32,000 bases of DNA from NCBI RefSeq assembly GCF_001465295.1, contig NZ_CP011035.1, positions 450,001 through 482,000 on the forward strand. The letters are read 5' to 3'. Both the position numbers and the translations under genes were made by a program. This stretch comes from Pseudoalteromonas translucida KMM 520 (GTDB lineage Bacteria > Pseudomonadota > Gammaproteobacteria > Enterobacterales > Alteromonadaceae). This document shows, piece by piece, positions 19,319 to 29,897 of this stretch. The stretch's first letter is position 1, and every line of letters starts with the position of its first letter. The notes under the pieces are model-generated. The model saw nothing but the letters and a program-made list of their open reading frames with translations, had not been told where the DNA came from and ran no database searches.

Positions 19319-19389
19319 GAACCGCCCATTGCGGACCCGCATGATGGGTGGTGTGGGGGCTGGAGGTTAGAGACCTCCGGCTACCCGAT
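19319..19389 (+). mobile_element. Orphan hairpin pair with group II intron domain V / domain VI geometry (3'-terminal intron remnant?)
   Basis: DV-like hairpin: a 9-bp lower helix (19321-19329 with 19344-19352), a 2-nt 3' bulge (TG), a 4-bp upper helix and a tetraloop, with 5' GAACCG versus canonical GAGCCG. A 2-nt linker follows. DVI-like hairpin: a 13-bp helix (19355-19367 with 19373-19386) with a single bulged A at 19383, 7 nt from a terminal ..CCCGAU. No RT/maturase ORF and no 5' domains are present. Confidence 0.45.
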
Positions 19390-19394
19390 TATAT

Positions 19395-20759
19395 TTACAA
19401 TTTAACCAAACCGTCTTGTTCGCCTTGATAAAGATAAACAGGAATAATTTCACTATTTCCGTTCTTTTCTCTAAGTTGAAAATAATTCTCAGTACATTCA
19501 TAAGAATACGAATTATTTTCTCGTGGGATAAGTTTGCGCTTATCTTCACCTGTATATTGAGAATAAAGAGTACCATTTTCGAATGAAATATTTAAAATTT
19601 TAGAATCCGGGGCTCGATAACTACCCACTAAAGATGTCGCTATAGCTTTAACGTTTTCTTTAACTACTGGCTTAGGGGATAAATCTAATTGCAGGGCAAT
19701 CATATCTAATAAGGCTGGACCGGGGTGCTTACTATCGATATTAGTAAAAGCTGTAGCGGTTAAGTCTTCATTTGGAAAATAGACATTCCAAGCAAAAAAT
19801 CCGGGAACCATACCTTGGTGACTAAAGCTATCTAACCCACTTATTGGGTATACATCTAATCCGTATCCATAATTTACAGGATCGTTATTATCCAATTTAG
19901 CTCTGGTAGCCATTAACCGATAATTATCTTTTGAAATGACACTCCCTGATTTTAATGCATTTTGCCAAAGGCTCATATCAGCAAGGGTAGAAGCAATGGC
20001 ACCCGCAGAATAGATCCAACTACGATCAACATCCCATGATCTTTCCGTGGATTCTTTTGGATTAAGGTATATTTTTGGTTCATCACGGTTACTAGTGTAG
20101 CCTTTAACTTTTCCAGAAGAGGTCCCTTTGGTAACAACAAAAGTATTATTCATTTTTAACGGTTTAAAGAATGACTGATGCATGAACTGGTCATAAGAAA
20201 CACCAGAAGCAACTTCAATTACTTTACCTAATAAAATATACCCCAAATTTGAATAACTATATTTCTTACCTGATAGGGTGTGAGGAGGCTGAGTGCTAAT
20301 AGTTTTTATAACATGATCGATAACGGCATTCTTGTCCCAAACAGAGGTGACGCTGGGATTTCCCATGTAATCAGGTAAGCCTGATGTATGGCTTAAAACT
20401 CTATCAATCGTTAAGTGCTTGTATTCTAGGTTAATATCAGGAATAAACTTCCCTAATGTATCTTGTAGCGATAGCCTATTTTTTTCTGATAGTTTCAAGA
20501 TAGCGGCAGCAGTAAATGTTTTCGTAACAGAGCCAATTTGAAATATATCATCTACACGAAGGTCACTCATTGTTTCTATATTGGCTACTCCGATAGCTCC
20601 GGTAAAAACCTTTTTACCTGATTGTTCTAACCTTACAGCCATGCCAGGAGCATTGGTAGAATTGTGGCACTTTAAAATAGCATCAAAGTTTTTCTGTTGT
20701 GCAGTTACATTAAATGCACACACGGCAATACATAAACTAACGAATAACTTTTTTGACAT
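19395..20759 (-). CDS. Secreted serine hydrolase of the beta-lactamase/PBP (class C-like) family with a C-terminal accessory domain
   Basis: An S-x-x-K motif (GSVTKTF) and a YSN motif (YSYSNLGY) are present. The signal peptide is MSKKLFVSLCIAVCAFNVTAQQ. ATG at 20759 is preferred because GGAG lies 8 nt upstream. Confidence 0.85.
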   Translation of the reverse strand: MSKKLFVSLCIAVCAFNVTAQQKNFDAILKCHNSTNAPGMAVRLEQSGKKVFTGAIGVANIETMSDLRVDDIFQIGSVTKTFTAAAILKLSEKNRLSLQDTLGKFIPDINLEYKHLTIDRVLSHTSGLPDYMGNPSVTSVWDKNAVIDHVIKTISTQPPHTLSGKKYSYSNLGYILLGKVIEVASGVSYDQFMHQSFFKPLKMNNTFVVTKGTSSGKVKGYTSNRDEPKIYLNPKESTERSWDVDRSWIYSAGAIASTLADMSLWQNALKSGSVISKDNYRLMATRAKLDNNDPVNYGYGLDVYPISGLDSFSHQGMVPGFFAWNVYFPNEDLTATAFTNIDSKHPGPALLDMIALQLDLSPKPVVKENVKAIATSLVGSYRAPDSKILNISFENGTLYSQYTGEDKRKLIPRENNSYSYECTENYFQLREKNGNSEIIPVYLYQGEQDGLVKL

Positions 20760-21053
20760 TTGAAAACACTCCATTGCTTGATGTAAATATAACAGCTTTA
20801 TCAGAGGACACTTTCCCTATTAAAGCGCGAAAACCTCCTTATTGCATGAGCTGCCATTAATAGCAAATAGTGTAACTTATTGCCAGCTATAAATATTACG
20901 CTTACTGTAGGTTATTTAAACATGTAAAAATGGGAAGTTTCCTCTTAGTATCGCTTACCCAATACGCTAGGGGAGTTTTGACTGTAAGCAAATTGCCGCT
21001 TTAGTCAACCAAATTTACACATGTTTACAGCATTAAATCTAGTTGAAAATAAT

Positions 21054-21065
21054 TGCTAATTAGCA
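21054..21065. promoter_or_regulatory. 12-bp perfect palindrome upstream of the RND operon
   Basis: The sequence is TGCTAA|TTAGCA. Confidence 0.3.
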
Positions 21066-21086
21066 TTGGAAAGCGTTGCGGAATAA

Positions 21087-21110
21087 TTTAGAATGAACGT
21101 TCATTCTAAA
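21087..21110. promoter_or_regulatory. 24-bp perfect palindrome, candidate TetR-type operator of the RND operon
   Basis: TTTAGAATGAAC|GTTCATTCTAAA ends 30 bp upstream of the adaptor gene ATG. Confidence 0.55.
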
Positions 21111-21140
21111 ATGTAAATTCAAGTTAAAAGGTAATTTAAT

Positions 21141-22313
21141 ATGCAGCGTTCCCGCATCGCGCTTTTGGTATTTTCGGCCCTCGTTGGTTCTGTTGTTTTA
21201 ACTGGTTGTGATCAGGCTGCTGAGCAACCTAAAGCTTCTGCTTCTCAAGCTATGCCAGTAGGTGTAATAACATTAAAAAGTGAAGCGCTTACGCTTAAAA
21301 AAGAATTACCTGGGCGTGTAAGTGCTTATCAAATTGCAGAAATTCGTCCTCAAGTTAGCGGTATTGTGCAATCTCGTTTGTTTACAGAAGGTAAGCAAGT
21401 AGAAAAAGGCCAAGCGCTATATCAAATAAATCCAGCCATTTTTGAAGCTGAGCTTGCAGCAAGTAAAGCAGCTGTAGCCCGCGCTGAAGCGAGCATTGCT
21501 AGCAGTAAGTCAAAAGCATCTCGCTATAGTGAGTTATTAGCAATAAAAGCAGTGAGTCAGCAAGATTATGACGAAGCTGATGCAACGTCTAAGCAAGCAT
21601 CGGCAGAGTTGCTCACAGCAAAAGCACAATTGCAAGCAGCGCAAATTAACCTTGATTACAGCAATGTGTCGTCGCCAATTAGCGGCCAAATTAGTAAATC
21701 AAGTGTAACCGTGGGTGCTTTAGTTAGCGCGAATCAAGCAGTAGCACTGGCTACTGTAACGCAGCTTGATCCTATTTATGTGGATTTAACACAATCGAGT
21801 AATGAGCTTACTAAGCTTAAAAAAGCACTAGCTTCTGGTTTGCTTGAGGTTGACTCTGCAATTCAAACCGAAGTTGAACTTTATATGGAAGATGGTTCAG
21901 TTTACGCCCATAAAGGCACGTTACAGTTTTCTGAAGTGACTGTCGATCCAAGCACTGGTTCAGTAACGCTGCGAGCTAAGTTTCCAAATCCTGAAAAGTT
22001 ACTATTACCGGGTATGTATGTACGTGCAGAAATTGTTGAAGGTGTAAAAGCGAATGCTATTTTAGCGCCACAACGTGGTGTGAGCCGCAACACCAAAGGT
22101 GAGCCTACTGCAATGGTGGTTGGTAATGATAATACGGTGCAAAGCCGTGTATTAAAAGTGGACCGTACTATTGGCTCTGACTGGTTAGTGACGGATGGCT
22201 TAGCCGATGGCGATCAATTAATTGTAGAAGGTTTACAAAAAATTCGCCCGGGTGCAGCAGTGCAAGCGTCTGAAGTTGAATCAACAGCGTCAGCTGCTAC
22301 TAAAGCGCAATAA
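21141..22313 (+). CDS. RND efflux periplasmic adaptor (AcrA/MexA family) lipoprotein
   Basis: Lipobox LTGC is present. Coiled-coil hairpin and barrel motifs are present (YQINP..FEAEL, L.YS.V.SPISG, LLPGMYVR). Confidence 0.95.
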   Translation: MQRSRIALLVFSALVGSVVLTGCDQAAEQPKASASQAMPVGVITLKSEALTLKKELPGRVSAYQIAEIRPQVSGIVQSRLFTEGKQVEKGQALYQINPAIFEAELAASKAAVARAEASIASSKSKASRYSELLAIKAVSQQDYDEADATSKQASAELLTAKAQLQAAQINLDYSNVSSPISGQISKSSVTVGALVSANQAVALATVTQLDPIYVDLTQSSNELTKLKKALASGLLEVDSAIQTEVELYMEDGSVYAHKGTLQFSEVTVDPSTGSVTLRAKFPNPEKLLLPGMYVRAEIVEGVKANAILAPQRGVSRNTKGEPTAMVVGNDNTVQSRVLKVDRTIGSDWLVTDGLADGDQLIVEGLQKIRPGAAVQASEVESTASAATKAQ

Positions 22314-22325
22314 CGGAGAGTATTA

Positions 22326-25300
22326 ATGTCACGATTTTTTATCGATAGGCCTATATTTGCATGGGTACTGGCCATAGTAGTTATGCTTGCGGGCATTTTA
22401 GCGGTTATGAATTTGCCGATTGCGCAGTATCCGTCTATTGCCCCTCCGGCAATTACAATTACGGCAAACTATCCGGGTGCATCAGCAAGAACATTAGAAG
22501 ATTCAGTTACCCAAGTTATTGAGCAGAAGATGAAGGGCCTTGATGGGCTGCTTTACATGTCATCTACTTCGCAATCAAGCGGCTCTGCTTCATTAACCTT
22601 GTCGTTTAGTGCTGATACCGACCCCGATATAGCACAAGTTCAAGTGCAAAATAAATTGGCTACTGCAACACCATTACTGCCTGAAGAAGTACAACGCCAA
22701 GGTGTTGTGGTTGCTAAGTCATCAAGTAGCTTTTTAATGGTGCTGGGCTTTGTATCGCAAGATGGCAGCATGACCAATATTGATATTGGCGATTATGTAG
22801 CCTCAAACGTGCAAGATATTGTGTCACGCGTTGAAGGCGTGGGTGAAGTACAACTATTTGGCTCGCAATACGCGATGCGCATTTGGTTAGACCCTGCTAA
22901 GTTGCAAAATTATAAACTGACACCGGCAGACATTGCCGCGTCAATTAGAGCACAAAACGCACAAGTTTCTGCCGGTCAACTTGGTGGTATGCCTGCGGTA
23001 TATGATCAACAGCTTAATGCGACTGTTACTGCACAAAGCCGATTAAAAACACCAGAACAATTTAAAAACATTTTAATTAAAACCAATAGCGATGGCTCAG
23101 CTGTACACCTTAGTGATGTAGCAGATGTAGAACTTGGTGGTGAAAACTATGGTGTAGTTGCGCGTTTTAACGGCAAGCCTGCATCGGGTTTAGGGGTAAA
23201 ACTGGCCAGTGGTGCTAATGCGCTAGATACGGCAAACGGGGTTAAACAAGCCCTTGAAGAGCTTAAACCGTTTTTTCCTCAGGGCTTAGAAAGCGTTATT
23301 CCTTACGACACGACACCGTTTGTATCGTTATCGATTGAAAAAGTAATTCATACTTTAATTGAAGCTGTTGTATTAGTGTTTGTGGTTATGTACCTGTTTT
23401 TACAAAACTTTCGTGCAACCTTGATCCCTACAATTGCAGTGCCGGTGGTATTGCTAGGCACATTTGGTATTTTGTACACCTTTGGTTATTCAATCAATAC
23501 GTTAACTATGTTTGCTATGGTACTGGCAATAGGTTTGCTGGTTGATGATGCGATTGTTGTGGTAGAGAACGTTGAACGGCTAATGAGTGAAGAAAAGCTC
23601 TCTGCGCTGGAAGCCACCCGAAAATCGATGGATGAAATTAAAGGCGCATTGGTGGGTATTGCTATGGTGCTGTCGGCGGTATTTATTCCGATGGCGTTTT
23701 TTAGCGGTTCTACCGGGGTTATTTATCGCCAATTTTCAATTACTTTAGTTTCTGCAATGAGCTTGTCGGTATTGGTTGCGCTTATTTTAACACCTGCATT
23801 ATGTGCCACCTTATTAAAGCCAAGCCATGTACATGATACTAGTTCGTTTATGGGGCGGTTTTTTGTTGGATTTAACCGTAATTTTGATAAAACAAATACC
23901 GGTGCACAAGGGTTTGTAGCGCGTATGATCAAACATTCTAAGCGTTATTTACTTAGTTATGTATTGATTGTAGCTGGCATGGCGTACATATTTTCAAGTT
24001 TGCCAACCGCATTTTTACCCGACGAAGACCAAGGTATTTTGTTTAACCAAGTAATGTTGCCAGCAGGCTCTACTACACAGCAAACACTTAAAGTGGTTGA
24101 AAAGGTAGAAAACCATTACTTAAATGATCAAGCCGAAGCGGTTAAATCTATTTTTACCGTTACAGGTTTTAGTTTTGCTGGTTCTGGACAAAATGCTGCA
24201 ATTGGTTTTGTGAGCTTAAAGCACTGGGATGATCGCCAGAGTGATGATTTATCGGTGGGCGCGGTTGCAGGTAAAGGTATGGGGTATTTTTCAACCATAA
24301 AAGAAGCACTAGTATTTGCTTTTCCACCTCCGGCAATTCCTGAGCTAGGCACGGCAAATGGCTTTACTATGTTTTTACAAGACCGAGTAGGCTTAGGCCA
24401 TGACGAGCTATTAAAAGCGCGTAATATGTTGCTAGGTATGGCAAGTAAAAGCCCTATTTTAGCGGGTGTGCGTCCTAACGGCCAAGAAGATATGCCAGAA
24501 CTACAACTTGATATTGACCTTGCAAAAGCAGAAGCGCTGGGTGTATCACAAGGTGATATTAACAGTACCTTAGCGACAGCTTGGGGGAGTAGTTATGTGA
24601 ATGACTTTATTGACCGCGGTCGGGTTAAAAAGGTGTATTTGCAAGGCCAAGCTGAGTCTCGCATGGTGCCTGAGGATTTAAATAAGTGGTATGTACGCAA
24701 TAAAAGCGGCGATATGGTGCCATTTTCAGCCTTTGCTAGTTCGCACTGGACTTACGGCTCACCTCGCTTAGAGCGCTATAACGGTTTTTCAGCGATGGAA
24801 GTTCAAGGTAGTGCTGCACCAGGTTATAGCTCTGGAGAAGCGATGGAAGAAATGGAACGTTTAGTTGCACAACTTCCTGCAGGTTTTGCATCTGAGTGGA
24901 CGGGTATATCATTTCAGGAACGCTCTAGTGGTGGTCAAGCTCCTTTACTGTATGGCTTGTCGCTGTTATTCGTATTTTTATGTTTAGCTGCTTTATACGA
25001 AAGTTGGTCGGTTCCTTTTGCCGTTATGCTAATTGTACCTTTAGGTATATTGGGGGCAATTATGGCCGCATTTGTTGGTAATTTATCAAATGATATTTAC
25101 TTACAAGTGGGCTTATTAACCACCATAGGTTTGGCATCGAAAAACGCTATATTAATTGTAGAATTTGCGATTCATAAAAAGGAAGAAGGCCTAAGCTTAG
25201 TTGACGCTGCAGTGGCTGCAGTGCGTTTACGTTTACGTCCAATATTAATGACGTCGCTGGCCTTTATGTGTGGTGTATTACCACTGGCTATTGCCTCAAG

Positions 25301-25460
25301 TGCTGGTTCGGGTGCACAAAACGCGCTGGGTATTTCAATTATTGGTGGCACCTTTGCGTCATCAACTATTGTGGTGTTGTTTGTACCTTTGTTTTTTGTT
25401 GTAGTTCACCGTTTATTTTCTAGCAAAAGCAGCAAAGGTGTTAAGGAGGGGGCGCAATGA
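22326..25460 (+). CDS. RND multidrug efflux permease (AcrB/MexB, HAE1 family)
   Basis: 1044 aa. Matching stretches include [17 protein letters not shown], the conserved TM4 [19 protein letters not shown] and the 12-TM plus two-large-loop layout. Confidence 0.97.
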   Translation: MSRFFIDRPIFAWVLAIVVMLAGILAVMNLPIAQYPSIAPPAITITANYPGASARTLEDSVTQVIEQKMKGLDGLLYMSSTSQSSGSASLTLSFSADTDPDIAQVQVQNKLATATPLLPEEVQRQGVVVAKSSSSFLMVLGFVSQDGSMTNIDIGDYVASNVQDIVSRVEGVGEVQLFGSQYAMRIWLDPAKLQNYKLTPADIAASIRAQNAQVSAGQLGGMPAVYDQQLNATVTAQSRLKTPEQFKNILIKTNSDGSAVHLSDVADVELGGENYGVVARFNGKPASGLGVKLASGANALDTANGVKQALEELKPFFPQGLESVIPYDTTPFVSLSIEKVIHTLIEAVVLVFVVMYLFLQNFRATLIPTIAVPVVLLGTFGILYTFGYSINTLTMFAMVLAIGLLVDDAIVVVENVERLMSEEKLSALEATRKSMDEIKGALVGIAMVLSAVFIPMAFFSGSTGVIYRQFSITLVSAMSLSVLVALILTPALCATLLKPSHVHDTSSFMGRFFVGFNRNFDKTNTGAQGFVARMIKHSKRYLLSYVLIVAGMAYIFSSLPTAFLPDEDQGILFNQVMLPAGSTTQQTLKVVEKVENHYLNDQAEAVKSIFTVTGFSFAGSGQNAAIGFVSLKHWDDRQSDDLSVGAVAGKGMGYFSTIKEALVFAFPPPAIPELGTANGFTMFLQDRVGLGHDELLKARNMLLGMASKSPILAGVRPNGQEDMPELQLDIDLAKAEALGVSQGDINSTLATAWGSSYVNDFIDRGRVKKVYLQGQAESRMVPEDLNKWYVRNKSGDMVPFSAFASSHWTYGSPRLERYNGFSAMEVQGSAAPGYSSGEAMEEMERLVAQLPAGFASEWTGISFQERSSGGQAPLLYGLSLLFVFLCLAALYESWSVPFAVMLIVPLGILGAIMAAFVGNLSNDIYLQVGLLTTIGLASKNAILIVEFAIHKKEEGLSLVDAAVAAVRLRLRPILMTSLAFMCGVLPLAIASSAGSGAQNALGISIIGGTFASSTIVVLFVPLFFVVVHRLFSSKSSKGVKEGAQ

Positions 25461-26890
25461 GCTTAACCACAGTTAATTTAAAAACCTTTAGCCTTAGTGC
25501 AATTGCGTTAATGGTGTTGTCGGGGTGCCAACTTGCCCCTGAGCAACAACAAATAGCTTTACCTGTGCCTGATGCGTATGCATCGGGTGCAGAAGAGCAA
25601 GCACAAGCTACACAGCTAAATTGGCAGCAGTTTTTTAACGATGAAAAACTGCAAGCGTTAATTGCACAGAGCCTTGAGCATAATAAAGATTTACAAATTG
25701 CTGCATTAAATGTGCAGCGTGTGCGTGGTTTATATCAAATAGAAGACTCGGCATTATTTCCATCGCTTGATATAAATGGCTCTGGCTCGCGTCAGCGCTT
25801 GCCGGGTGATTTATCGGGTACTGGTGAGCCGCGTATTACTTCGCAGTACAGTGCTACCGTAGGTATTACCTCATATGAGCTTGATATATGGGGCAAGGTG
25901 CGCAATCAGTCAACGCAAGCACTACAAACCTTATACTCTACGCAGCTGAGTCAATACAGTATGCAAGTGTCGCTTATTGCTGAGCTTGCTAATGCATGGC
26001 TTAACTATGCAACCGACCAGCAGTTATTAGCACTGGCCGAGGAAACCTTAACGTCGCAACAATCGTCGTTATCACTTACTCAGCAAAGCTTTGATTTAGG
26101 TGCTGCATCAGCAATTACCCTAGAGCAACTTAAGAGTACGGTTGCTACAGCTAAAGTTGATATAGCAAAGTATAAGCGTTTATTAAAGCGCGATAAAAAT
26201 GCGCTTGATTTACTAGTAGGTAATAGCGTTGCCAGTGATTTACTGCCAAATGCGTCACTTAATCATTTACTCGACCTACCAGAAGTACCGGTTGGTTTAC
26301 CGTCTGATTTACTCACCCAACGCCCTGATATTAAAGCGGCTGAGCATCAGTTATTAGCGGCTAATGCAAATATTGGTATTGCGCGTGCTGCGTTTTATCC
26401 AAGTATTAGCTTAACCGCTAATGCGGGTACTGCATCAAGCGACTTAAGTGGTTTATTTGATGGGGGCTCGGGTACGTGGAGTTTTGTACCTACTATTAAT
26501 TTGCCTATTTTTAATATGGGCCGTAACCAAGCTAATTTAGATGTTGCTAAAGCAGCGCAACAAATAGCGCTTACTACCTATCAGCAAAAAATTCAGCAAG
26601 CGTTTCGTGAAGTTGCTGACGTACTTGCAGATAACGAAGGTTATAACGCCCAGTTAAGTGCACTTGAGCAGTTATTGCAAAGTCGTCAGGCAACCTTTGA
26701 CATATCGCAAGCGCGTTACGACAAAGGGGCCGACAGTTACTTGCAAGTACTTGATTCACAAAGAACTTGGTACAGTGCCCAACAGCAGTTAATTACGGGT
26801 AAGCAAGCATTGTTGGCCAGTAAAATTAATTTATATAAAGCGGTTGGTGGTGGTTGGCAAGCACCTAAAGATACAGATCAATCTAAGTAG
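25457..26890 (+). CDS. Outer-membrane factor lipoprotein (OprM/NodT family)
   Basis: Lipobox LSGC is present. Features include two OEP repeats, RPDI.AAE and a C-terminal LYKA.GGGW. A 4-nt overlap with the pump gene indicates translational coupling. Confidence 0.95.
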   Translation: MSLTTVNLKTFSLSAIALMVLSGCQLAPEQQQIALPVPDAYASGAEEQAQATQLNWQQFFNDEKLQALIAQSLEHNKDLQIAALNVQRVRGLYQIEDSALFPSLDINGSGSRQRLPGDLSGTGEPRITSQYSATVGITSYELDIWGKVRNQSTQALQTLYSTQLSQYSMQVSLIAELANAWLNYATDQQLLALAEETLTSQQSSLSLTQQSFDLGAASAITLEQLKSTVATAKVDIAKYKRLLKRDKNALDLLVGNSVASDLLPNASLNHLLDLPEVPVGLPSDLLTQRPDIKAAEHQLLAANANIGIARAAFYPSISLTANAGTASSDLSGLFDGGSGTWSFVPTINLPIFNMGRNQANLDVAKAAQQIALTTYQQKIQQAFREVADVLADNEGYNAQLSALEQLLQSRQATFDISQARYDKGADSYLQVLDSQRTWYSAQQQLITGKQALLASKINLYKAVGGGWQAPKDTDQSK

Positions 26891-26894
26891 TTTA

Positions 26895-27010
26895 TATGGC
26901 CTATATCTTTAAATGTAGGCCATAGTTAAACTAACTAATTTGATAAGTATTACCAATTTAACACCCTTGAAGCCCCTGTATTTAAGTGCTGAGGCGTAAA
27001 GGGTGTTTTT
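26895..27010 (+). terminator. Two hairpins after the efflux operon
   Basis: The first is TATGGCCTA (26895-26903) with TAGGCCATA (26916-26924). The second is AACACCCTT (26960-26968) with AAGGGTGTT (26999-27007), followed by a T-run. Confidence 0.5.
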
Positions 27011-27040
27011 AGAACCGCTGGTTTAGTAGTAGGGGTGCAA

Positions 27041-27676
27041 ATGAAACATAAAAATAAAAGGCAGACAGATCCTGCGTTAGTCGAAGCACGCCGTACACAA
27101 GTACTAAATGCTGCTGCAGACTGTTTTCGTCGTAAGGGTTATCATGGCGCTGGCATGGCTGAAATTGCAAGAACTGCAGGTATGAGTGCTGGACATATCT
27201 ATAATTACTTTGAAAGTAAAGAAGCAATAATAGAGAGTATTATTGAGCAAGACATGCAAGAAATGTTTTCTATATTTCAAGAGTTTGAAGATCAGCCTGG
27301 GGATTTGTTAACGATACTTTTAGATCGGTTGCATCAAAGTGTGCAACGCAATATGGATACCGGTGCCTGTGTGATCGATTTAGATATGATGGCAGAAGCG
27401 AGTAGAAACGATAAAGTAGCCTCGCTATTGCATGAAGCCGATATGCAAGCGCGTAACAGAATGAGACAGTTATTAATTAGCGACAGAAGCTTGTTAAAAT
27501 CACACTCAGAGCAAGAACTAGAGAGCCGTATTAATGTTATTTTTTCGATGATGGCGGGCTTATTTTTACGCAAAATGCTCTACCCAGAACTAACCGAAGA
27601 AACAGTATTAATAGCACTTCGCCCAGCGATGAAAACGCTACTCATGCCTTTTGAAGTGCATGACGAAGTGCTATAA
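27041..27676 (+). CDS. TetR/AcrR-family transcriptional regulator
   Basis: An N-terminal HTH is present (VLNAAADCFRRKGYHGAGMAEIARTAGMSAGHIYNYFESKEAI). ATG at 27041 has AGGGG upstream. The gene lies downstream of the RND operon on the same strand. Confidence 0.9.
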   Translation: MKHKNKRQTDPALVEARRTQVLNAAADCFRRKGYHGAGMAEIARTAGMSAGHIYNYFESKEAIIESIIEQDMQEMFSIFQEFEDQPGDLLTILLDRLHQSVQRNMDTGACVIDLDMMAEASRNDKVASLLHEADMQARNRMRQLLISDRSLLKSHSEQELESRINVIFSMMAGLFLRKMLYPELTEETVLIALRPAMKTLLMPFEVHDEVL

Positions 27677-27712
27677 AAAAGTACTCTAAATTGGTATTAG
27701 GGCGGTTACAGG

Positions 27713-28816
27713 TTAAAACCGCTCGATTGACCATTGTAATGCAATCAGTGCTATGGCAAATGAGCCCACCGGCATTAACCATTTTTTATACCACTGATAG
27801 CCTCTTATGCTGATTAACACCGGTAATGCTACGAGTAAAATACTGAGCTGACCAATTTCTACCCCTAAGTTAAATGCCACAATACTCAATAGCTGATAAT
27901 CGCTCGACAGCCCCAACTCACCCAATACACTGGCAAACCCCATGCCGTGCAATAAACCAAATGCAAATGTTACCCAGCCTAAGCGCAATACCAGTGGCCA
28001 TACATTATTAAGTGCAGCAAAAAGTACTGATAGGGCAATACCTAGCTCTACCCAGCGGCTATTTGGCGATACTAAATTCATAGCTGTTGCAGTAAGCGTA
28101 ATTGAATGCGCTAGGGTAAAGGCGGTAACTATCCACGCGGTGTGTTTAATAATTTGTTTTTTTGAGCTAATACTTTGCCATTGTTTTTCGGTGCGGGTAA
28201 GTACGCAGGTAAGTAATAAGGCGATTAAAAATAAAATATGATCAATACCAATCCAAATATGTAATATTCCTTGATACACATATTGATTAAAGGTGCTTAA
28301 GTAGCTTGATTGGCTAAAGTTAAATGTTTGTTTTGCATTGGCTGCGCTAAACACGCGCGATAAATTATTAATATTTACAATGGCTTTGTGGTTGCCATCG
28401 GTATTAAAAAAGGCGCTGTAATGTAAGCTAATGTCAGTTTGGTCAGCGCAGCTAAATAGCAGCGGTATTACTAAATAGGGTTGATTAAAGTGACTATCTA
28501 ATTGATACGCTCCTTGGGTAGAGAGCGTGCATGCCTGTTGTTGCTGAATTAGCTGTAAATTAGCATAAACAAAACTATTAATTGAGCTGCGTTTGGCTTT
28601 TATTTCAGCCCAGGTTATTTGTTTGTCGTTATTAATATCGAGCGCCACGACTTGCTCTAAATCGGTTATATTTACTTGCCACTGACCACTGTACTTATTT
28701 TGGCTAGCAGCGGTATTATTTAAAGTTATATAGCCAGTACTTAACTGATGAGCAAAGCTATTAGTGGCCACTAAACTGGTGGCTAAAGTGAGAATAAATA
28801 CACAAAATAGTTTCAT
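27713..28816 (-). CDS. HupE/UreJ-like membrane protein with a ~180-aa N-terminal periplasmic domain
   Basis: The signal peptide ends ..TNSFA|HQLSTGY. The C-terminal polytopic region carries H-rich signatures (GILHIWIGIDHILFLIALLL, AHSITLT, GLLHGMGFASVLGE, LGVEIGQL) typical of the HupE/UreJ superfamily. Its start overlaps the TPR gene stop by 4 nt. Confidence 0.7.
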   Translation of the reverse strand: MKLFCVFILTLATSLVATNSFAHQLSTGYITLNNTAASQNKYSGQWQVNITDLEQVVALDINNDKQITWAEIKAKRSSINSFVYANLQLIQQQQACTLSTQGAYQLDSHFNQPYLVIPLLFSCADQTDISLHYSAFFNTDGNHKAIVNINNLSRVFSAANAKQTFNFSQSSYLSTFNQYVYQGILHIWIGIDHILFLIALLLTCVLTRTEKQWQSISSKKQIIKHTAWIVTAFTLAHSITLTATAMNLVSPNSRWVELGIALSVLFAALNNVWPLVLRLGWVTFAFGLLHGMGFASVLGELGLSSDYQLLSIVAFNLGVEIGQLSILLVALPVLISIRGYQWYKKWLMPVGSFAIALIALQWSIERF

Positions 28817-29838
28817 AGTGTTGCTCGCTGCATGGCTTTGGCTTGTATTAATAACTGCTTATCGGTGCTCATTTTAGCTTGTTGCCAATTTATATTGGCC
28901 CAGTACAGGGCTTTATCACTATTTGGCGCTACTGCAATATAATAGTGGGCTAGATCGCTGGCATGAAAGGTATCTTGGCGTAGTTCGCGCAGCGCCACAC
29001 GGCTTTTCATCATTGTTTGCCATTTTGTACTAACCGCATTGGTATTTTTTTCAGCAATAGCCAACCTGAGTAAAATAGCATCTTCTAAATTACTGTTATC
29101 TGTTAGCAAACCAGCTAAACTATTGAGTACTTGCTGGGTGTTATTAAGTGCTAATTGTGTATCGGCCCACAGTACAATAAGGCTCACCGGCGCAAACTGT
29201 AAATCGACATGGCTAATGTAGCTCAGCGCAGTTTGGTAATTATTTAATCGGTAGCTCATTTCACTTAGTACATGAGCAGTGGCTAGGCTAATATTTTTAT
29301 TATGGGTAATATTTTTTAATGCATTATAACTTTGTATTAGCTGCTGTTGCTGGCTTTGTACATCTAACACGCAAGTACTTACGGTAATAAGGCTTACCTG
29401 CCCAATTAAGGCTGTACAATGCCCTTTGGCAGCAGTGAATTTACCTTTGGTCATGTAAATATTAGCCAGTAATAAATGACTATTACTGTGATTTGGCTCA
29501 GCCACTAATACTTCAGTAGCAATTTTAATTGCAGCATCAAATTGGTGCTCTTTTTGTAGTACTCGTGCATATAAATAACCAACTTGTGGAGTGGGGTTTT
29601 GGTTATACAAAGTTGCTAAATGTGTTTTTAACACACCTTGCAAACGTTCAGTTTGCCCAGCATATTGGCTATTTATAACTAATTCGTTTATTTCGGCAAC
29701 AGACAGTTGAGCTACTATATTTGAGTTGCTAGGGGCAATAATTTCATTATCGGCTGGGGTAAAAGCGCTGGCAAATACATTGCTTGAAAATAACATACCC
29801 ATAAGTAGCAAAATTAATTTGGTGTAAGATAATTGCAT
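28813..29838 (-). CDS. Exported TPR-like repeat protein
   Basis: The signal peptide is MQLSYTKLILLLMGMLFSSNVFASA. Repeated helical-hairpin motifs are present (..YLYARVLQKEHQFDAAIKIATEVL..EPNHSNSHLLLANIYMTKGKFTAAKGHC..). Confidence 0.65.
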   Translation of the reverse strand: MQLSYTKLILLLMGMLFSSNVFASAFTPADNEIIAPSNSNIVAQLSVAEINELVINSQYAGQTERLQGVLKTHLATLYNQNPTPQVGYLYARVLQKEHQFDAAIKIATEVLVAEPNHSNSHLLLANIYMTKGKFTAAKGHCTALIGQVSLITVSTCVLDVQSQQQQLIQSYNALKNITHNKNISLATAHVLSEMSYRLNNYQTALSYISHVDLQFAPVSLIVLWADTQLALNNTQQVLNSLAGLLTDNSNLEDAILLRLAIAEKNTNAVSTKWQTMMKSRVALRELRQDTFHASDLAHYYIAVAPNSDKALYWANINWQQAKMSTDKQLLIQAKAMQRATL

Positions 29839-29897
29839 TGTTTAGTCCTTTTGAAAAAGCCATCCGTGGCCTGTCAGCTTTGATTATGAATTACTGA

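Noticed and set aside
19217-19576. Small ORFs over the hairpin pair (plus-strand 19217..19369 ending ..RTRMMGGVGAGG; minus-strand 19367..19576)
   Set aside because: The plus-strand ORF reads through GC-rich structured RNA-like hairpins. The minus-strand ORF is an alternative frame overlapping the hydrolase 3' end. Neither is credible as a protein.
21902-24357. Antisense ORFs within the RND adaptor and pump genes
   Set aside because: They are shadow frames of very strongly supported genes.
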